Of a stretch of DNA of 32,000 bases, positions 28,359-32,000 are shown one piece after another. Source of the DNA: Desulfotalea psychrophila LSv54 (GTDB lineage: Bacteria > Desulfobacterota > Desulfobulbia > Desulfobulbales > Desulfocapsaceae); assembly GCF_000025945.1 (NCBI RefSeq), contig NC_006138.1, positions 60,001 to 92,000 on the forward strand, read 5' to 3'. The stretch's first letter is position 1; the number at the start of each line of letters is the position of its first letter. The notes under the pieces are model-generated. The model did no database searches and was not told where the DNA came from. It saw only the letters and a program-made list of their open reading frames with translations. Made by a program: the position numbers and the translations under genes.

Positions 28359-30128
28359 TTGCAATCATCCGCATCAGAAAAAAGACCTTCTCTCCGCCAA
28401 CTCCTCCTGCTGGTGGCCCCCTCCTTTAAAAGGTATCGCCTCCGGATATCCCTGGGGCTCATGGCCCTGATTATCGTTGATATCCTGCAACTACTAATTC
28501 CACGTATCCTCAAGCAAGGCATTGACTCCATCTCCACGAAAGCAGAGACGACCAATCTGGCCCAACTTGCAATTTTTATTATCTGCATTGCCTGCACCGT
28601 TATCATCCTTCGCTTTTGCTGGCGCTATATGATTTTAGGCTTTTCCCGTATCCTTGAGTGCACCATTCGCAACAGTATATTTTCCCATATCCTGCAAATG
28701 GACGCCACTTTTTTTGAAAAAAACAGTACGGGAAAATTAATGGCCCACTCATCAAATGACTTAAGCGCCGTGCAAATGGCCTTTGGCATGGGTACAGTGG
28801 CAGCCGTCGACTCCTCCGTAATGCTGACCGTAGCCATCGCCTTTATGCTCTCCATCAATGTCAAGCTCACCATTCTGGCCCTCGTCCCCCTGCCTCTTCT
28901 GGCGATAAGCACTAAAATACTGGCAGGACAGTTACACACCCGATTCGAGACAGTACAGGAACAATTTTCCCATCTCACCGAGTTTTCCCGTTCAGCCATC
29001 TCTTCCATATGGTTAGTAAAGGCATACACAATGGAAGATCTACAGACAAATCAATTCGATGCCCTTGGCAAAGAGTATGTCAGGGCAAATCTGAAGGTTG
29101 GCGTCATAAATGGCCTATTGCAGCCCCTCTCCACCCTGGTTGGAAATCTCGGCATACTATCGATATTCTTTTTTGGGGGGAGAATGGTCATCCAAGAAGT
29201 GATCAGCCTCGGTGATTTTGTTGCCTTTATCACCTATCTCTATATGCTCATCTGGCCCATGATGGCCATCGGCTGGGTGACCAACCTCGCTCAAAGAGGA
29301 TTAACCTCACTACAGAGAATACGCCTCCTTATGGAGCAAAAATCGATGATGCTCGATGGCCCGGAAAAGGCCTCAAGAGAGACCAAGGGGGCACGAATAG
29401 AACTCTGTGACCTCTCCTTCACCTACCCCAATGCCTCACAGCCAGCCCTGCACCATATAAATCTCACTTTCTTAGAAAAAACATATGGACTCACGGGGCG
29501 AACAGGCTGCGGCAAGACCAGCCTCTGTCGAATTCTTTGCAGGCTTTATCCTGTAGAGGACGGTATGTACCTCCACAACGAAATAGACGTTAACAGGCAA
29601 GGCCTCAACGAACTGCGAGAGCAGATCAGTTATGTCAGCCAGGAGTCCACCCTCTTCTCCGATACGGTGAAAAACAATATTCGTTTTGGCAATGAGGAGG
29701 CAAGCGAAGAGGAGATAACAGAAGCCGCGCGACGGGCAGACATACACAATAATATCAGTGAATTGAGCAATGGCTATGACACACTCATCGGCGAACAGGG
29801 CGTTAAGCTCTCCGGTGGCCAACGACAACGCATTGCCCTGGCCCGAGCCCTGCTGACAAAACGGCCCATCCTCCTGATCGACGATGGTCTCTCCGCCGTC
29901 GATGTCGAAACCGAGCACCAAATTTTCTCCCGACTCCGGGAAGGAGAAAACAAAACTATCATCATCATCTCCAACCGGATAAAACTCCTCTCCATGACCG
30001 ATGAGATTATTATTTTAGACAGTGGCGAAATAGCCGACCGTGGTAGCCACCAACACCTCCTGAGACACAATTCCCTCTATCAGTCCATGGCTAAAAAACA
30101 ACAGGAACAGAGGGAGGAGAAACTATGA
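28359..30128 (+). CDS. ABC exporter, fused permease/ATPase (MdlA/MsbA-like), TTG start
   Basis: TM domain then GLTGRTGCGKTSLCRIL Walker A, LSGGQRQRIALARAL signature, ILLIDDGLSAVD Walker B. Confidence 0.92.
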   Translation: MQSSASEKRPSLRQLLLLVAPSFKRYRLRISLGLMALIIVDILQLLIPRILKQGIDSISTKAETTNLAQLAIFIICIACTVIILRFCWRYMILGFSRILECTIRNSIFSHILQMDATFFEKNSTGKLMAHSSNDLSAVQMAFGMGTVAAVDSSVMLTVAIAFMLSINVKLTILALVPLPLLAISTKILAGQLHTRFETVQEQFSHLTEFSRSAISSIWLVKAYTMEDLQTNQFDALGKEYVRANLKVGVINGLLQPLSTLVGNLGILSIFFFGGRMVIQEVISLGDFVAFITYLYMLIWPMMAIGWVTNLAQRGLTSLQRIRLLMEQKSMMLDGPEKASRETKGARIELCDLSFTYPNASQPALHHINLTFLEKTYGLTGRTGCGKTSLCRILCRLYPVEDGMYLHNEIDVNRQGLNELREQISYVSQESTLFSDTVKNNIRFGNEEASEEEITEAARRADIHNNISELSNGYDTLIGEQGVKLSGGQRQRIALARALLTKRPILLIDDGLSAVDVETEHQIFSRLREGENKTIIIISNRIKLLSMTDEIIILDSGEIADRGSHQHLLRHNSLYQSMAKKQQEQREEKL

Positions 30129-31933
30129 AAAGCTATGGATACGACGAGGCCGGGCAGACAGGCTCCCTGACAGACGGGCAACTCTGGGGCCGCATCCTGC
30201 AAATGACGGCTGCCTACAAATGGCACCTGCTCGCTGCTATCATTCTCTCCCTACTCATCACCGCCACCAGCCTCAGTCTCCCCCACCTTATCCAAAGGGG
30301 TATCGACGATTTTATGACAGCGACCAAACTGCCCATGGACACCAGGTTTTCCGGCATTGGTCAAATAGCTGTTCTTTACGCAGCATGCATTACCCTTTTT
30401 TTCGCAGCCAACTTTCTCCAGATCGTCCTCCTCGAGTGGATTGGACAAAAGGTAATGCACCATATTCGCCAAACCCTCTTCCGTCGCATGTTAGGCTTCG
30501 ACCTCCGCTTCTTCAGCGATCATCCGACGGGCAGCTTAGTCACCAGGCTCACAAACGATATTCAAAATATGCACGATATGTTCACCTCGGTGATCGTCAA
30601 CCTCTTTAATGACTGCCTACGCCTTATTGGCATTCTGGCCATCCTTATCCTGATGAATGCCCGTTTAGGGCTCTTCATGACCCTCTTCCTCCCCCTCGCC
30701 CTGATCAGCACCATCATCTTTTCCCGCCTGGCCCGGAAAAAATTCAGGGCCATGCGGGTCGGGATCGGCAAAATCAACACCTTTCTCAGCGAAGCGATAT
30801 CAGGGGCATCAACCATCCAGCTCTTTGGCCGTGAGCGAACATTCTTTTCTCAGTTCAAAGAGATAAATCAAACCTACCTAGGCCACTGCCTGGGACAGGT
30901 AAAGGTGTTTGGCGCCTTTATGCCCTTCACCGAGTTTATGGCAACCATCGCCACGGCCTTTATCCTTTGGTATGGCGGTGGCCAGGTAATACAAAAGCAT
31001 CTCAGCCTGGGGGAACTGGTGGCCTTCCTCTCCTATATGCGCCTCTTCTTCCAACCACTCCGGGAACTCTCACAAAAATACTCCATCGTCCAGGCGGCCA
31101 TGGCCTCGGCTGAGCGAATCTTCCATCTACTCGATACAGAGTCACAGATAAAGGCACCGGAAAGACTTTCTGGCCCGTCCTCCCCTGTTCAGGGAGAGAT
31201 TATCTTCAATGACATCCACTTTAGCTACAACCCCAAGGTACCGACACTCAGAGGCATCAACCTCCATATCCAAGCCGGCCAGACCATAGCCATCGTCGGT
31301 ACCACCGGAGCAGGTAAAACCAGCCTTATCAACCTCCTGCTACGATTTTATGACCCCGAAAAGGGGCAGATAACAATCGACGGCAATAATATCAGCCAAT
31401 ATCCCTTCAAGACCCTTCGTTCCATGGTGGGGGTTATTTTACAGGATATTATTTTATTGCAAGATACCCTCCTTGCCAATATTATCATGGACACCAACCG
31501 ATCACGCGCCGAGGTTGAAAAAATATTAACAGAGACGGGGATGAACCGTTTTGTAAAAAAACTCCCCAAAGGCTTAGACAGCGCCATTGGCCCGGGCGGT
31601 CAGAATCTCTCTACCGGAGAAAAGCAGCTCCTCTCCTTTGCCAGGGTACTCTGCCGCAGACCGGCTATAATCGTCCTTGATGAGGCAACCGCCGCCATCG
31701 ATACCGAGTCTGAAAATATCCTTGAAGAGGCCTTAGCTAAAACATTTGTCAACCGTACTTCCATCATCATCGCCCATAGACTTTCCACCATAAAGAGGGC
31801 TGATAAGACTATTGTTATGGACAGGGGCAGGATAATCGAACAGGGTAGCCACCAGGAACTGCTGGCTCTTAAGGGTCGATATTATCACCTCGTTCGTCTT
31901 GACCAGAAGCAATTAGGGGGAAATAAGCTGTAG
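30125..31933 (+). CDS. ABC exporter, fused permease/ATPase (MdlB/MsbA-like)
   Basis: IVGTTGAGKTSLINLLLRF Walker A, LSTGEKQLLSFARVL, IIVLDEATAAIDTESE; overlaps the preceding ABC gene by 4 nt. Confidence 0.93.
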   Translation: MKSYGYDEAGQTGSLTDGQLWGRILQMTAAYKWHLLAAIILSLLITATSLSLPHLIQRGIDDFMTATKLPMDTRFSGIGQIAVLYAACITLFFAANFLQIVLLEWIGQKVMHHIRQTLFRRMLGFDLRFFSDHPTGSLVTRLTNDIQNMHDMFTSVIVNLFNDCLRLIGILAILILMNARLGLFMTLFLPLALISTIIFSRLARKKFRAMRVGIGKINTFLSEAISGASTIQLFGRERTFFSQFKEINQTYLGHCLGQVKVFGAFMPFTEFMATIATAFILWYGGGQVIQKHLSLGELVAFLSYMRLFFQPLRELSQKYSIVQAAMASAERIFHLLDTESQIKAPERLSGPSSPVQGEIIFNDIHFSYNPKVPTLRGINLHIQAGQTIAIVGTTGAGKTSLINLLLRFYDPEKGQITIDGNNISQYPFKTLRSMVGVILQDIILLQDTLLANIIMDTNRSRAEVEKILTETGMNRFVKKLPKGLDSAIGPGGQNLSTGEKQLLSFARVLCRRPAIIVLDEATAAIDTESENILEEALAKTFVNRTSIIIAHRLSTIKRADKTIVMDRGRIIEQGSHQELLALKGRYYHLVRLDQKQLGGNKL

Positions 31934-31965
31934 CAGTGGAGCGTAGCGGAATGGCGAGCTATCAG
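31926..31965. repeat. 40-bp stop-codon-containing repeat, copy B
   Basis: AGCTGTAGCAGTGGAGCGTAGCGGAATGGCGAGCTATCAG; TAG 31931-31933 is the stop of the ABC gene. Confidence 0.9.
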
Positions 31966-31988
31966 CTGTCAGCTGTCAGCTGTCAGCT
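31962..31988. repeat. (TCAGCTG)n 7-bp tandem array, about 3.9 copies
   Basis: Direct read near the window edge. Confidence 0.9.
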
Positions 31989-32000
31989 AAAAGCAAAAAC

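Overview
This 32 kb bacterial chromosomal window looks deltaproteobacterial (Desulfotalea/Desulfobulbaceae-like), a taxonomic guess from gene content and style only. It carries ordinary housekeeping genes: ddl, a GlcD-type FAD oxidase, rpsU, a DHH-CBS-poly(A) polymerase/tRNA nucleotidyltransferase fusion, a site-2 protease, an EamA exporter, nrdD-nrdG, a FadL-type porin, an acyl-CoA synthetase, a DUF1566 protein, an SGNH hydrolase, panE, a 5'-nucleotidase-like HAD, a Nudix hydrolase, typA, an NAD(P)-binding/DUF2867 protein, a DUF2058 protein, a TesA-like esterase and a paired MsbA/MdlAB-like ABC exporter. The unusual signal is between the genes. The intergenic regions hold a mosaic vocabulary of short degenerate modules in both orientations: TTAACCACAGAG..ACACAGAG..TTTTTT, ACAGATACGAG(GATGCTA)n, AGCTRTAGCAGTGGAGC...GCGGAATGGCGAGCTRTCAG, (GCAACA)n, (CTCTGTGGA)n and (TCAGCTG)n. 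Several modules begin exactly at the stop codon of the upstream gene and supply the TAA or TAG (ddl, nrdG, panE, a secreted protein gene and the second ABC gene). Some lie between the stop codon and a hairpin/terminator. Two islands enclose small orphan genes: a frameshifted GxxExxY gene and an S23-type four-helix-bundle gene. A separate 170 bp MITE-like inverted-repeat element lies between typA and its probable terminator. No CRISPR array, tRNA, rRNA, transposase or complete diversity-generating retroelement was recognised.
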